64,000 bases of DNA from Trueperaceae bacterium (GCA_965213705.1 OZ243913.1:2688001-2752000), one strand, 5' to 3'; positions 53,343-63,429 are shown, numbered from the stretch's first letter. Notes: generated by a model from the letters alone, not told the origin. Numbers and translations: made by a program.

Positions 53343-56300
53343 ATGACGTTCCTACCCGTCCAGCCCCAAAACGCGCTCAACAAAGCGTTCCGCAAGGTCA
53401 AACCGAACCGCGCGGACTTCGAAACCTTCAAAACGCAGCTCGAAAACCTTACAAACAGTGTAAAGCCGCACGAGTCCGAAGAGTTCCACAAAAACCTCAT
53501 CACGGCTTTTCTCAAAAAAACCTACTACGACGGCCACTTTATCAACACCAAAGACCGCAACGACCTCGTCATTCACGAAGGCGTGACCGCCGACACGCCC
53601 GTCGGGGTCATCCTCGAAACTAAAAAACCCGGCAACAAGAGCGAGATGCCGTCGCCGACCGACCTCAACCGCAAAGCTTTACACGAACTCGTCTTGTACT
53701 ACCTGCGCGAGCGCGTCACAAACAAAAACTTAAACCTCAAACACCTCGTCGTGACGGACACTTACCAATGGTTCGTTTTCGACGCGAGCACGTTTGAAAA
53801 GACGTTCGTAGAAAACAGGGCCTTCGTCAAAACCTACGAGGACTTCGCGGCGGGGCGTTTGACGGGTACGAAAACCGAATTTTTCTACAACAACATCACC
53901 AAACCTTTTATCGCTCAGTTGGACGCGCCTTTACCCTTCACTTTTGTAGACCTGCGGGACTACTGGAGCAACTTGACAGACAGCGACTTGACAGGCGAGG
54001 ACGCCGAAAAGCGTCTCATCACCCTGTACAAGCTGTTTTCGCCCGAGCACCTGCTTAAACTTCCCTTCGCCAACGACAGTAACACGCTCGACAAGGCGTT
54101 CTACGCGGAGCTTTTGCACATCGTCGGCTTGACCGAGAAAAAGGTGGGCGGCAAAAAGCTCATCGTTCGGCAGGAAGAGCCGGACGACGCCTCTTTGATT
54201 GAAAACGCGATGATTCAGCTCGAGAACCTCGACAAGCTGAGCCGCTTGGAGCAGCCCGCCCACTACGGCGACAGCCGCGAAACCAGGCTTTTCAACGTGG
54301 CGCTGGAACTCGCCATCACCTGGGTCAACCGCGTGCTGTTCCTGAAGCTGCTCGAGTCCCAACTGCTGAGCTACCACAAAAACCAGAAAAACGTCCGGGA
54401 CGACTACGCTTTTCTCAACAGCAACCGCCTCAAAGACTATGACGAGTTGAACACCCTCTTTTTCGGGGTACTCGCCAAACCCGTAAACGAACGCCACGCG
54501 TCGGTGGCGGCTTTTCGGAACGTCCCGTACCTCAACTCGAGCCTGTTCGAACCCACCGAGTTGGAGCACCGGACCCTGGCCGTCAGCGCGCTCCGTGACG
54601 ACCGCGAACTTGAGCTTTACCCCGGCACGGTCCTAAAAGACGCGGACGGCAAAAAGCGTAGCGGCCGAATGACCACGCTCGCTTACCTGTTCGCGTTTTT
54701 GGACGCTTTTGACTTCAGCAGCGAGGGCTCGGAAGCGGTGCAAGAAGACGGTAAAAGGCTCATCAACGCCTCGGTGCTGGGCCTGATTTTTGAAAAAATC
54801 AACGGCTACAAAGACGGCTCTTTTTTTACGCCCGGTTTTATCACCATGTACATGTGCCGCGAAACGATACGCAGCGCCGTGGTGCAAAAGTTCAACAGCG
54901 ACAAGGGTTGGGACTGTCAGACCATCACCGAACTTTACAACAAAATAGACGACAAACAAGATGCAAACCGCATCGTCGACAGCCTAAAAATCTGCGACCC
55001 GGCGGTCGGCTCGGGGCACTTTCTGGTCAGCGCCCTCAACGAAATCGTCGCGCTGAAAAGCGAACTGAAAATCTTGATGGACGACGAGGGTAAGGTGTTG
55101 CGCGGCTACACCCTGGAAGTCAGCAACGACGAACTCGTCATTACCGACGACAACGGCGAACTGTTCGAGTACAAGCCGCAGAACGCGGAAAGCCAGCGCG
55201 TCCAAAAGACGCTGTTTCACGAAAAGCAGACGTTAATCGAAAACTGTTTGTTCGGCGTCGACATCAACCCGAACAGCGTCAAGATTTGCCGTTTGCGCCT
55301 GTGGATAGAGCTGCTAAAGAACGCCTACTACAAACCGGACGGGGCGCTCGAGACCCTGCCCAACATCGACATCAACATCAAAACGGGCAATTCGCTCATC
55401 AGCCGTTACGCCTTGGACGTAGACCTGAAACAGGCGCTTAAAAAAAGCGGCTTGAGCGTAGAGGCTTACCGCAACGCCGTCAGCACCTACCGCAACGCCG
55501 AAAGTAAAGACGTGAAGCGTAAGATGGAAATGCTCATTTCAGAAATCAAGCGGGCATTCAGAACTGAAATTATGTTTAATGACCGCAAGCTGCTAAGGCT
55601 AAACAAGCTTAAAGCGGACTTGAGTGTTGAACAAGAAGACCTGTTTGCTGACGAAGCGATACGCCAGCAGCGGGCAAAGCAAAGAGAAAAAGACTTAAAA
55701 GAGTTGGCAAAGCTCGAGCAAGAGGTAGCAGATATTCAGAACAACAAGGTCTTCGAGAACGCTTTCGAGTGGCGCTTCGAGTTTCCCGAAGTGTTGAATG
55801 ACAACGGCGATTTTGTCGGGTTTGATGTGATAATTGGCAACCCACCGTATGGCTTGTTGAACAAACGTCAAAACAAAACAACAAGCATAGATATTGCTTC
55901 TGACGAGCTGGACTTTTACAAGAACTTAGAGGAATATGCACCCGCTAAGGGCAATATTCTGAATGTATTTCGTCTATTTGTTGTGAGGAGCGTCAGTATA
56001 CTAAGAGCGCACGGATTTTTCTCGCAGATATTTCCTTTGGCATTTGCTGCAGACTTAACATCCAGCAAGCTGAGAGAACACCTTCTACAGAACACCCAAT
56101 TTATTAAGCTTGAAGCGTTTCCTGAAAGGGATGATGTAAACAACCGTGTGTTCGAAGCTGTTAAGATGTCAGTTTGCATATTGAACTTGACAAAAAGACA
56201 ACCCAACAGTGACCCGTTTCTTCTTCGCATTCATCAAAGTAATTTTGTTGATGACAAAAGTCCTCAAACGTATATATCGAGAGATGACATTCAACTTCTG

Positions 56301-57059
56301 GATACCTCAAACTACACAATTCCGCTGCTCAACGAACAAGACTTATCATTACTCAAAAAGGTCTACGCAAATTCAAAACGTATTTCAGACATCGGGCATT
56401 GCTACACAGGAGAAATAGATATGACTTTGGGTCGTCCGTATATCACAGATGATCCTAACAAAGCCGTAATGATTAAAGGTGCAATTCTGGACCGATACCT
56501 GTTGCGAACTAAAATGAGCCAAGGCGAAATAGAATTTTTGGATTCAAAAAAGTACGTTGAAGAAAACAGCGGAAGCAAATCCTCACACTATAAGCAGCCA
56601 AGAATTGTCATGCAGGGAATCACTGGTGTGAACGAAAAAACTCGTCTGAAAATGACTTACATTGATTCTGGAGTGTTCTGTGCAAACTCTGTCAACTACA
56701 TTGTTTTTGACAAGCCTTCGGTAAGTCCCAAATATGTCTTGGGCTTTTTGAATAGCAACCTATTGAACTTTGTTTTCTCAAAAAGTAGTACCAACAGCAA
56801 CGTCAACGGCTATGAGGTTGACAACTTACCCTTCACCGACAAGTATCCCGCCGACCAAACCGCCCACGACTGCATGACCCAAATGGTCGACGCCATGCTG
56901 GACTTGCACAAACAAAAGACCGCAGCTTCCGGCGACGCGCTCGCCGCTTTGGAAACCCGCATCACCGAGCTGGACGCTTCAATCGACACGCTCGTTTATG
57001 CGCTTTACGGGCTGAGCGAGGAAGAGGTTGAGATTGTAGAGGCGGCGGTGGCGGGGTGA
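53343..57059 (+). CDS. Type IIG restriction-modification enzyme (fused REase-MTase-TRD, Eco57I/TaqI-like)
   Basis: N-terminal D...ETK nuclease, 'PYLNSSLF', 'DPAVGSGHFL' motif I, 'GNPPY' motif IV, C-terminal 'IDTLVYALYGLSEEE'. Confidence 0.9.
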   Translation: MTFLPVQPQNALNKAFRKVKPNRADFETFKTQLENLTNSVKPHESEEFHKNLITAFLKKTYYDGHFINTKDRNDLVIHEGVTADTPVGVILETKKPGNKSEMPSPTDLNRKALHELVLYYLRERVTNKNLNLKHLVVTDTYQWFVFDASTFEKTFVENRAFVKTYEDFAAGRLTGTKTEFFYNNITKPFIAQLDAPLPFTFVDLRDYWSNLTDSDLTGEDAEKRLITLYKLFSPEHLLKLPFANDSNTLDKAFYAELLHIVGLTEKKVGGKKLIVRQEEPDDASLIENAMIQLENLDKLSRLEQPAHYGDSRETRLFNVALELAITWVNRVLFLKLLESQLLSYHKNQKNVRDDYAFLNSNRLKDYDELNTLFFGVLAKPVNERHASVAAFRNVPYLNSSLFEPTELEHRTLAVSALRDDRELELYPGTVLKDADGKKRSGRMTTLAYLFAFLDAFDFSSEGSEAVQEDGKRLINASVLGLIFEKINGYKDGSFFTPGFITMYMCRETIRSAVVQKFNSDKGWDCQTITELYNKIDDKQDANRIVDSLKICDPAVGSGHFLVSALNEIVALKSELKILMDDEGKVLRGYTLEVSNDELVITDDNGELFEYKPQNAESQRVQKTLFHEKQTLIENCLFGVDINPNSVKICRLRLWIELLKNAYYKPDGALETLPNIDINIKTGNSLISRYALDVDLKQALKKSGLSVEAYRNAVSTYRNAESKDVKRKMEMLISEIKRAFRTEIMFNDRKLLRLNKLKADLSVEQEDLFADEAIRQQRAKQREKDLKELAKLEQEVADIQNNKVFENAFEWRFEFPEVLNDNGDFVGFDVIIGNPPYGLLNKRQNKTTSIDIASDELDFYKNLEEYAPAKGNILNVFRLFVVRSVSILRAHGFFSQIFPLAFAADLTSSKLREHLLQNTQFIKLEAFPERDDVNNRVFEAVKMSVCILNLTKRQPNSDPFLLRIHQSNFVDDKSPQTYISRDDIQLLDTSNYTIPLLNEQDLSLLKKVYANSKRISDIGHCYTGEIDMTLGRPYITDDPNKAVMIKGAILDRYLLRTKMSQGEIEFLDSKKYVEENSGSKSSHYKQPRIVMQGITGVNEKTRLKMTYIDSGVFCANSVNYIVFDKPSVSPKYVLGFLNSNLLNFVFSKSSTNSNVNGYEVDNLPFTDKYPADQTAHDCMTQMVDAMLDLHKQKTAASGDALAALETRITELDASIDTLVYALYGLSEEEVEIVEAAVAG

Positions 57060-57304
57060 TTTATGACGTTGGCTTTAAGCCTCGAGCCCGCAAAGACCTG
57101 CAAGCGATTGATAAACGTGAAGCCGGGCGTATCATCGAAAAGATTGAGGCGATGCGCGAGGATTTGACAGGCGACGTAAAGAAGCTGACCGATTTCACGC
57201 CGGATTATCGCCTGCGTGTTGATAACTACCGGGTTTTGTTCGCACTCGAGGATAATAGGATTGTCATCTACCGCGTTCGTCACCGCAAAGACGTTTATAA
57301 ATGA
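57056..57304 (+). CDS. RelE/ParE-family toxin
   Basis: 'ARKDL', 'DVKKL', 'YRLRVDNYRVLF', 'HRKDVY'. Confidence 0.9.
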   Translation: MIYDVGFKPRARKDLQAIDKREAGRIIEKIEAMREDLTGDVKKLTDFTPDYRLRVDNYRVLFALEDNRIVIYRVRHRKDVYK

Positions 57305-57318
57305 GAAAGGATTGCCCC

Positions 57319-57630
57319 GTGGCTGATTTGGCGTTACATCCAGAGTTTTTGGTTAAAAACGGCAAAAGAGAATTTGTCGTGCTGCCTTATGAAGAGTTTG
57401 AGGCGTTGCAAGAGGTTCTTGCCGACGCTTCCGACCTCATCGACTTACGCGACGCCAAAGAGACCGAAGGGGACGCTCCTACTGTGTCATTGGAAGAAGT
57501 CAAGAGGCAGTTGGGTTTGTCTGCTCTGGACTTGGCCGAAGACCTGGTGGGCAGTGTAGAGGACGGAACGAGTGACCTAGCGACGAACCCTGAACACCTG
57601 AATGGTTACGGCAAAGAAGAAACAGTATGA
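57319..57630 (+). CDS. Antitoxin downstream of RelE
   Basis: 'GKREFVVLPYEEFE.LQE.L.D..DL..LR.AK...VSLEEVK'. Confidence 0.75.
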   Translation: MADLALHPEFLVKNGKREFVVLPYEEFEALQEVLADASDLIDLRDAKETEGDAPTVSLEEVKRQLGLSALDLAEDLVGSVEDGTSDLATNPEHLNGYGKEETV

Positions 57631-57848
57631 ATCAACTCAAGGTGATTGTCGAAAAGCACGAGGACGGCTACGTCGCTTACCCGCTCGGGCTCAAAGGTGT
57701 TGTCGTGGGTCAGGGTGACAGCTACGAAGAAGTCATGGCGGATGTGAAGTCGGCGATTGCGTTTCATCTCGAGACGTTTGGTAGCGACATGCTCGAGGAC
57801 TCGCCGGTGTTGGAAGCATTTGTCGCCGAGACGGTGGCGGGCGTGTAG
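57627..57848 (+). CDS. HicB-family antitoxin
   Basis: 'VIVEKHEDGYVAY', 'GQGDSYEE'. Confidence 0.85.
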   Translation: MNQLKVIVEKHEDGYVAYPLGLKGVVVGQGDSYEEVMADVKSAIAFHLETFGSDMLEDSPVLEAFVAETVAGV

Positions 57849-58094
57849 GTGAAAGGGTTGACGCACCCAAAGCGAAGGTCGTGAAGGCGTTACAGCTTCT
57901 TGGCTTTGAGATGGTCCGCGAACGGGAGCATATAGGGGGGGCACACAGCCATGATTCGGCACAATGCGGACGGAACCAAAACACCTCTTACCCTGCCTAA
58001 CCACAAAACTATCAAAGGCTCGACGCTGAGAACGATTTGTACACAAGCAGGTATCGCTCGAGGGGACTTTCTAAAAGCTTATGAGCAAACGTGA
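57849..58094 (+). pseudogene. HicA-family toxin, frameshifted
   Basis: 'VVKALQLLGFEMVREREHI' and 'LTLPNHKTIKGSTLRTICTQAGI' are in different frames around the G-run at 57934-57941. Confidence 0.7.
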
Positions 58095-58160
58095 GGCAAT
58101 TGACGCAGTCACGACGCGAACCGAAGAGGTGATGGCGGTGCTCGAGGCGATGGTGGCGGG

Positions 58161-58406
58161 GTGACTTACAAGCTTGACCTAACCAAGCGTGCCGACAAAG
58201 ACTTGCAAAAATTGCCCGTGGGGGTTCAGGAACGTGTCGCCAAGGGGCTGAGGTTGCTACGAAACGATTTGCAGGGCGACGTGAAGAGGCTGACGAACTT
58301 CACTCCTGAGTACCGCTTGCGCGTGGGAAACTACCGAGTTTTGTTTGAAATTGAGGATAATACAGTGGTAATTCAACGCATCCTGCACCGTAAAGATGCC
58401 TATTAA
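58161..58406 (+). CDS. RelE/ParE-family toxin (second copy)
   Basis: 'ADKDLQKL', 'DVKRL', 'YRLRVGNYRVLF', 'HRKDAY'. Confidence 0.9.
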   Translation: MTYKLDLTKRADKDLQKLPVGVQERVAKGLRLLRNDLQGDVKRLTNFTPEYRLRVGNYRVLFEIEDNTVVIQRILHRKDAY

Positions 58407-58415
58407 GGAGTAATA

Positions 58416-58625
58416 ATGGACGTTTTGGAACTGCACCCCTCATTTATTGAGCGAGAGGGTAAAAAAGAGTATGCGGTCCTGCCGATAGACGAGTTTGAAC
58501 GGCTACAAACCTTTATTGAGGACGCTCGAGACTTGTTCTTGCTTAGACAGGCAAAGGCTGAGGACGACGGTGAAAGAATCTCTTTGGCTGAGGTAGAAGC
58601 GCGTTTAGGACTGACCTCTGACTGA
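58416..58625 (+). CDS. Antitoxin (paralogue of 57319-57630)
   Basis: 'LHP.F..REGKKEYAVLP..EFE.LQ..IEDA.DL..LRQAK'. Confidence 0.75.
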   Translation: MDVLELHPSFIEREGKKEYAVLPIDEFERLQTFIEDARDLFLLRQAKAEDDGERISLAEVEARLGLTSD

Positions 58626-58695
58626 CTGGAGTTTGTGACGCACTTTTCTGTAACTTTGCGGGCGTAGTGCAGAGGTCAAAGTTGTGAAGAACATC

Positions 58696-58850
58696 ATGAA
58701 ACGTCTCAAAGTGATTGTCGAAAAGCGCGAGAACGGCTACGTCGCTTACCCGCTCGCACGCTCCTCAAAATTGCCGCCAAACACCCTGAACTGGTGCTCG
58801 AGGTCAGCAAACAACCCGAAAGAAGCGCGTTTCACCGTCAAACTTTTGAG
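58696..58850 (+). pseudogene. Chimeric remnant: HicB N-terminus joined to an XRE/HigA-like C-terminus
   Basis: First ~60 nt nearly identical to the start of hicB at 57627; then 'TLLKIAAKHPELVLEV' in another frame. Confidence 0.55.
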
Positions 58851-58869
58851 TTTTCCGTGCAGCGAAAAA

Positions 58870-58946
58870 TGGCGCTCCCGACAGGAGTCGAACCTGTGAC
58901 CCACCGCTTAGGAGGCGATTGCTCTATCCAACTGAGCTACGGGAGC
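58870..58946 (-). tRNA. tRNA-Arg(CCT)
   Basis: Reverse complement reads GCTCCCGTAGCTCAG...CTCCTAA...GGTTCGACTCC...CCA. Confidence 0.95.
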
Positions 58947-59008
58947 GCGCTAGCAGCTTTTACAGTTTAGCGAGTTTTTTGGGTGCGGGCAAGGTTGGGT
59001 GCCGAGGA

Positions 59009-59572
59009 TTAGCGTTTGTCCCAGGGCCGCAACACGATTTGGCCGTCTACGAGGTGCGCGACCTCCGGCCCTTTGGCTTCGCCGCCGTCACCGCCGGCCC
59101 GGGCGAGTGCGCCCGCGATGCGCAGTTGCGGGCTCAGGATGCGCTGCGCCCAGATGAGGGCGGCCTCGTTGCCGGCCGCGCCCGCGTGGGCGACGCCCCG
59201 CAGCGTGCCGAGCACGATGATGTCGTCTTCGGCGACGATTTCTGCGCCCGCGTTGACGTCGCCCAGAATGACGGCCGAGCCGGTCGACTCGAGCCGCCCC
59301 CCACTCCGCACCGTGCGCGCGACGATGACGGTTTCGCCCTTGGCCTGCACGACCGCGCTCGTCGGGCGCACCTCGACGAGTTCGCCGCCCGCTTCGGCTA
59401 CTTTTTCTGCGACCGCTGCGACGACACCCCAGGGGACGCGTTCGGTCAGCTCGAGCATCACCTTGTTGCTCAGCAGTTCGCGGTGGTCGGCCCAAACGTC
59501 TGCAAGCGTTTCTACGGTGTCGTCGCGGTCCAAACTCAGCAAAATGCCGCCGCGCGTCCCCCTAGTTTTCAT
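59009..59572 (-). CDS. minC: Septum site-determining protein MinC
   Basis: 'TVRSG', 'GDVNAGAEI', 'G.LRGVAHAG'. Confidence 0.9.
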   Translation of the reverse strand: MKTRGTRGGILLSLDRDDTVETLADVWADHRELLSNKVMLELTERVPWGVVAAVAEKVAEAGGELVEVRPTSAVVQAKGETVIVARTVRSGGRLESTGSAVILGDVNAGAEIVAEDDIIVLGTLRGVAHAGAAGNEAALIWAQRILSPQLRIAGALARAGGDGGEAKGPEVAHLVDGQIVLRPWDKR

Positions 59573-61346
59573 CTTCGACTCCAAAGTACTGCGCTAAAAA
59601 GTCGCGCCCGGCGGGCACGGCCGTGGCGGTGCTCTTGTCGCCGTTTTCTATAAAGACGGTCCACACGATATCAGGGTCCTCCAGGGGCGCGTAGCCCGTA
59701 AACCAGACGTGATCATACCCCAAGCCCCGCGCGTTCTGCGCCGTGCCCGACTTGCCCGCCACGTCGATGGGAAAAGCGCGCGGCCCCAGCACATATTGGG
59801 TGCCGTAGTCGGTAATCATCTTGCGCATTCCGGTCTGGAGCGTGTCCCAGTACCGGCCGGACACTTGCGTTACTTCGGGCGTGCGAATTTCGCCGCCGAC
59901 TTTTTTGACGAGGTGCGGCTGTACCCGGCGGCCGTTCTCGGCGATGGTCTCGACGAGTTGCGCCACCTGCACGGGCGTCGCCAGCAAGTCGCCCTGACCG
60001 ATGACCGAGTTGAGGGTAAAACCCGGCAGCCAGCCGTACTCGTAGTGCTCATTCGCCCAGGCCTCGTCGGGAATGCGGCCCGCCTTTTCTTCGAGCAGCC
60101 CCACACCCACTTGTTCGCCGTAGCCGAGTTCGTGCGCGCGCTTGACGAGCGCGTCCATAAACGGCGACCAGCCCGCCTTGCGCGCGCCGGGTGTGTCGAG
60201 CGCCGCCAGCCAGTAGTACGTGTTGCAACTGTCGGCAAGCGCGCCCGTGACGTCGTAAGAACCGCGCGACGACGGGTACGACCAGTTGTCCCAGCGAATC
60301 CCGCCGAAAGTGATGCTCGCCGCACAGCCGTACTGCTTTGTCGGCGACACGAAGCCGTCTTCGACGAGCGCCGAACTCGTCACGAGTTTGAAGGTCGAAG
60401 CGGGCGGGTAAGTTTCGACCGTCCGGTTGCTCATCGGCAGGTTAGTCGTGTCGCTCAGGACGGCCTTGACTGCGACCGGGTCGCTGGGCCGTTTGGTGAA
60501 CACGTTCTGGTCGAAGGTCGGGCTGCTCGCCATCGCCAAAATTTCGCCCGTGTCGGGGTCCACCGCGACAAGCGCGCCGCGTACCAAGGTCTCCAGCGGC
60601 AGCCCGCGCGCTTCGCGTTGCGCGTTGACGTAACTCAGCGCGCCGGCGAGGGCGTCCTCGGCCATCCGCTGCACTTTGGGGTCGAGGGTCAACACCAGGT
60701 CGCGGCCGGGGCGGACCGGCTTTGTTATTCGGGACTCTAAGACGACGCCGTGGTTGTCGACCTGCACTTCGGTGGTTCCGGCCTCGCCGAACAGTTCGTC
60801 TTGAAAGCTCGCCTCTATCCCCATCACGCCGACGAGGTCGTCCAGGGCGTAGCCGGGAAAGCGGCCCTTGGCCTCGGCCGTGTAGCCCACCACCTGCGCC
60901 GCTAAGTTCGTCGGGTAGGTGCGCTCGACCCGTTCGCGCAAATACAGGTTGTCCTGGCCCGCCACGAGTTCTTCGACCGCCGGAACGAGGTCGTCGGGCA
61001 CGTTGTAGGCGGCGACCGCGCCGAACTGGGCTTGCTCCAAGTCGCTGCGGTCGGGCGGCGCGGGCTCGCCCTGTAAGTTGAGCAAGTAGGCCAGCCGCCG
61101 CCAGTTGCGAACCTCGCCGCCCCAATACATCAGGTCGTAGGCAATGCGGTTGTCGGCCAGCACGGTGCCGTCCCGCGCCAAGATGCGCCCCCGCAGCGGC
61201 GTGGCCCGTTTTTCGACCCGCACGTTCTGGTCGCTCTGCAGACTCAGCGTTTCGGCCATCACCACCTGCAGGTACATAAGGCGAGCCGTAAACAGTACCA
61301 GCACGGTAAAGATGAGCGCGAGCAGCAAGCGTAGCCGCGTTATCAC
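59562..61346 (-). CDS. mrdA: Penicillin-binding protein 2
   Basis: 'RGRILARDG', SxxK 'STFK', SxN 'SCN', 'KSGTAQ'. Confidence 0.9.
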   Translation of the reverse strand: MITRLRLLLALIFTVLVLFTARLMYLQVVMAETLSLQSDQNVRVEKRATPLRGRILARDGTVLADNRIAYDLMYWGGEVRNWRRLAYLLNLQGEPAPPDRSDLEQAQFGAVAAYNVPDDLVPAVEELVAGQDNLYLRERVERTYPTNLAAQVVGYTAEAKGRFPGYALDDLVGVMGIEASFQDELFGEAGTTEVQVDNHGVVLESRITKPVRPGRDLVLTLDPKVQRMAEDALAGALSYVNAQREARGLPLETLVRGALVAVDPDTGEILAMASSPTFDQNVFTKRPSDPVAVKAVLSDTTNLPMSNRTVETYPPASTFKLVTSSALVEDGFVSPTKQYGCAASITFGGIRWDNWSYPSSRGSYDVTGALADSCNTYYWLAALDTPGARKAGWSPFMDALVKRAHELGYGEQVGVGLLEEKAGRIPDEAWANEHYEYGWLPGFTLNSVIGQGDLLATPVQVAQLVETIAENGRRVQPHLVKKVGGEIRTPEVTQVSGRYWDTLQTGMRKMITDYGTQYVLGPRAFPIDVAGKSGTAQNARGLGYDHVWFTGYAPLEDPDIVWTVFIENGDKSTATAVPAGRDFLAQYFGVEDEN

Positions 61347-61831
61347 AGGAGTTCCTTGCGTAAACCGGTTCGGTCCATAAGCGCCTCACCCCAGGGTAAC
61401 AGCCATAGCGCGAACAACAGTGTAAAAAGGGCCTCGAGCGGAAAAATGTCGAGTACGCCGCGCAACGCGTAAAAGGTGCCCGTCTGCCACACCAAGAGCG
61501 GCGCGACGGCCAGCCACTTCCCCACGACCGCCGCCAACACCGCCAACGAACGTTCAAAAAAGCTCGTTTGGCTGAGCTGCGCGCGCACCAGCAACGCCGC
61601 CACCGCGCCGCCTGAGAGCCCGAGCGCGTGCAAGCCTAAGTACGCGCCCCCAAAGGCGTCTTGCAACAACCCTATCCCGTAAGCCAACAGCACGAGTTGC
61701 CACGGCGGCAGCCGCCAGAGCAGCGTCAGCACGGCGACGAGAAACAAGTCCGGCGCGGGGTAAGGCGCGAGCGCCGCACCCCAGAAACTTTGTGCCAACA
61801 GCAGAAACAGGTAATAAAACACGAGCCGCAT
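61343..61831 (-). CDS. mreD: Rod shape-determining protein MreD
   Basis: Hydrophobic, 'PDL', 'GLLQD...LGLHAL'; upstream of PBP2. Confidence 0.8.
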   Translation of the reverse strand: MRLVFYYLFLLLAQSFWGAALAPYPAPDLFLVAVLTLLWRLPPWQLVLLAYGIGLLQDAFGGAYLGLHALGLSGGAVAALLVRAQLSQTSFFERSLAVLAAVVGKWLAVAPLLVWQTGTFYALRGVLDIFPLEALFTLLFALWLLPWGEALMDRTGLRKELL

Positions 61832-61994
61832 CTCGCCCGTAGTGTATCCCGAGTTTGCGTGTTCGGGGTTTCGAGCGGTCGTCTCGAGGCGGCTCTCGCC
61901 AAAAGACCTACGCAACAACCGGAAATACCCTTTTTCACCGTTCGTTTTTGGGGCTGAAAGGCTGCGTGGTTTTGCCGGGTGGTATAAGAGGCTC

Positions 61995-62984
61995 ATGCTT
62001 TTTCGCCCCGAAAAACCCTTCTTAGCGCACCCGCTTCGGTGTTTGCATGTAGGTCTCGTCCTGGCAGCTTGCCAACTCGGTATGACGGCGGCCCAAACCT
62101 TCGGCGTGGCGCTGAGCCGCACGCCCACCCTCGAGCCCGCAGTGACGCTGACCGACCTGGAACTGGGCGACCACAAGGTCGATATAAGACTGGCGGGCGG
62201 CGTGGCGGGGCCGCTCGAGCTGGGCGTCAGCGCCCGCGAAACGACCTCGTTTGGGCCGCTCGGCAACCTGACGGTGAGCAGTGACGCAAAACTGGACAGC
62301 AGCGGGCGGTTCGAGTTCTCTTTAGGCGCGCAGGGCGTCGTCGCTGCGGTAGCGGCGCGGGCGCGGCTGAGTCTCTTCACCGCCGAGGTCGGTCGTTTTG
62401 AAATATCTGAAGTCTATGTGGAAGAAGCGAGGCCGTTTTTGCTCGCCGAACCCCTCGACTTCGGCGCGGCCCTCGACCTGGGCGCGAGTTACCGCTTCAG
62501 CCGCAGGTTCATCGTGACCGCCGAGCCGTCTTTGTACCTGACAGACGTGGGCGGTCTCGGCGGGCGGCTGGCGCTCGAGGGCCGGTTCGTCAAGGTGGTC
62601 GGCCCGGACGACCTGCGCGCTGGGGCGCTTTTCTACTTCGGTCCGGCGGGTAACCCGTTCGGCGCGGTGGGCGCGGAGTACAACCTCAACCGCCGCAGCT
62701 TACCGAGCGCGAGCTTGGCGGTGTGGGCGGGGCTGAACGCCGAGGGTTTGAGCCCGGGTGCGCGTGTGCAACTCAGCCAAACCCTGAAAAGCCTGAACTC
62801 GAGCTACAGCTTGACGTTGGCCACCGAACCCTACCGGACGGACCTGCTGCCTTACCGCGCCGCCGCGACCTACCGCCAGAACCTGGGGGTGGGCGCGTTG
62901 GAGGCGTCCTTTTACGGCACGCTCTCGTCGCGCGCGGGTGTGCCCGCGGTCAGCTTTCTCGTCGGGTATTCTCTGCCCTTCTAA
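61995..62984 (+). CDS. Hypothetical exported, beta-strand-rich protein (possible outer-membrane barrel)
   Basis: Signal-like segment, alternating hydrophobic residues, C-terminal 'GYSLPF'. Confidence 0.6.
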   Translation: MLFRPEKPFLAHPLRCLHVGLVLAACQLGMTAAQTFGVALSRTPTLEPAVTLTDLELGDHKVDIRLAGGVAGPLELGVSARETTSFGPLGNLTVSSDAKLDSSGRFEFSLGAQGVVAAVAARARLSLFTAEVGRFEISEVYVEEARPFLLAEPLDFGAALDLGASYRFSRRFIVTAEPSLYLTDVGGLGGRLALEGRFVKVVGPDDLRAGALFYFGPAGNPFGAVGAEYNLNRRSLPSASLAVWAGLNAEGLSPGARVQLSQTLKSLNSSYSLTLATEPYRTDLLPYRAAATYRQNLGVGALEASFYGTLSSRAGVPAVSFLVGYSLPF

Positions 62985-63429
62985 AACGAGGGCGTTTGAC
63001 GAACGCGTGCGGCCCTTTCTCGAGCCTACGTCTGAACAGTGACCGCCGAAACATCTTTCAGCCTTGACAGAGACCCTTCCGTGATGCCCGAAAAAGCGGA
63101 GCGGTATTGAGGCACGCGCGGGGCGAGGTCAGGGTGTCGGGGGTGTCGTGGCACCGTCTGGCTTCGAACCCGTCGGCGACCTCGCGGGACACGGATATTT
63201 CCTGGTAAGCGGTGGCAATCCCGAGTAACGTTTTCACTCATTGCCTCTTCGAAGCCGCTGTAGCCACCGGGAAAAAGGGTTGCCTTACCAAACGTCAAGA
63301 AAGAGGCTCGTTTGTCGGCACCTCGGCGGGGTGGCCCGGAGCAGACAAAGACAAGTCCCCACAAAGCCGGATGGGGATTTCTGCTTCGGTCCAACGTTCA
63401 CCCGTTTGGTTTGACGCAAACAGTGTAAG

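Noticed and set aside
53160..58946. Integrative element at tRNA-Arg(CCT)
   Set aside because: No integrase gene and no duplicated tRNA 3' end found on the left side; only a variable island is supported.
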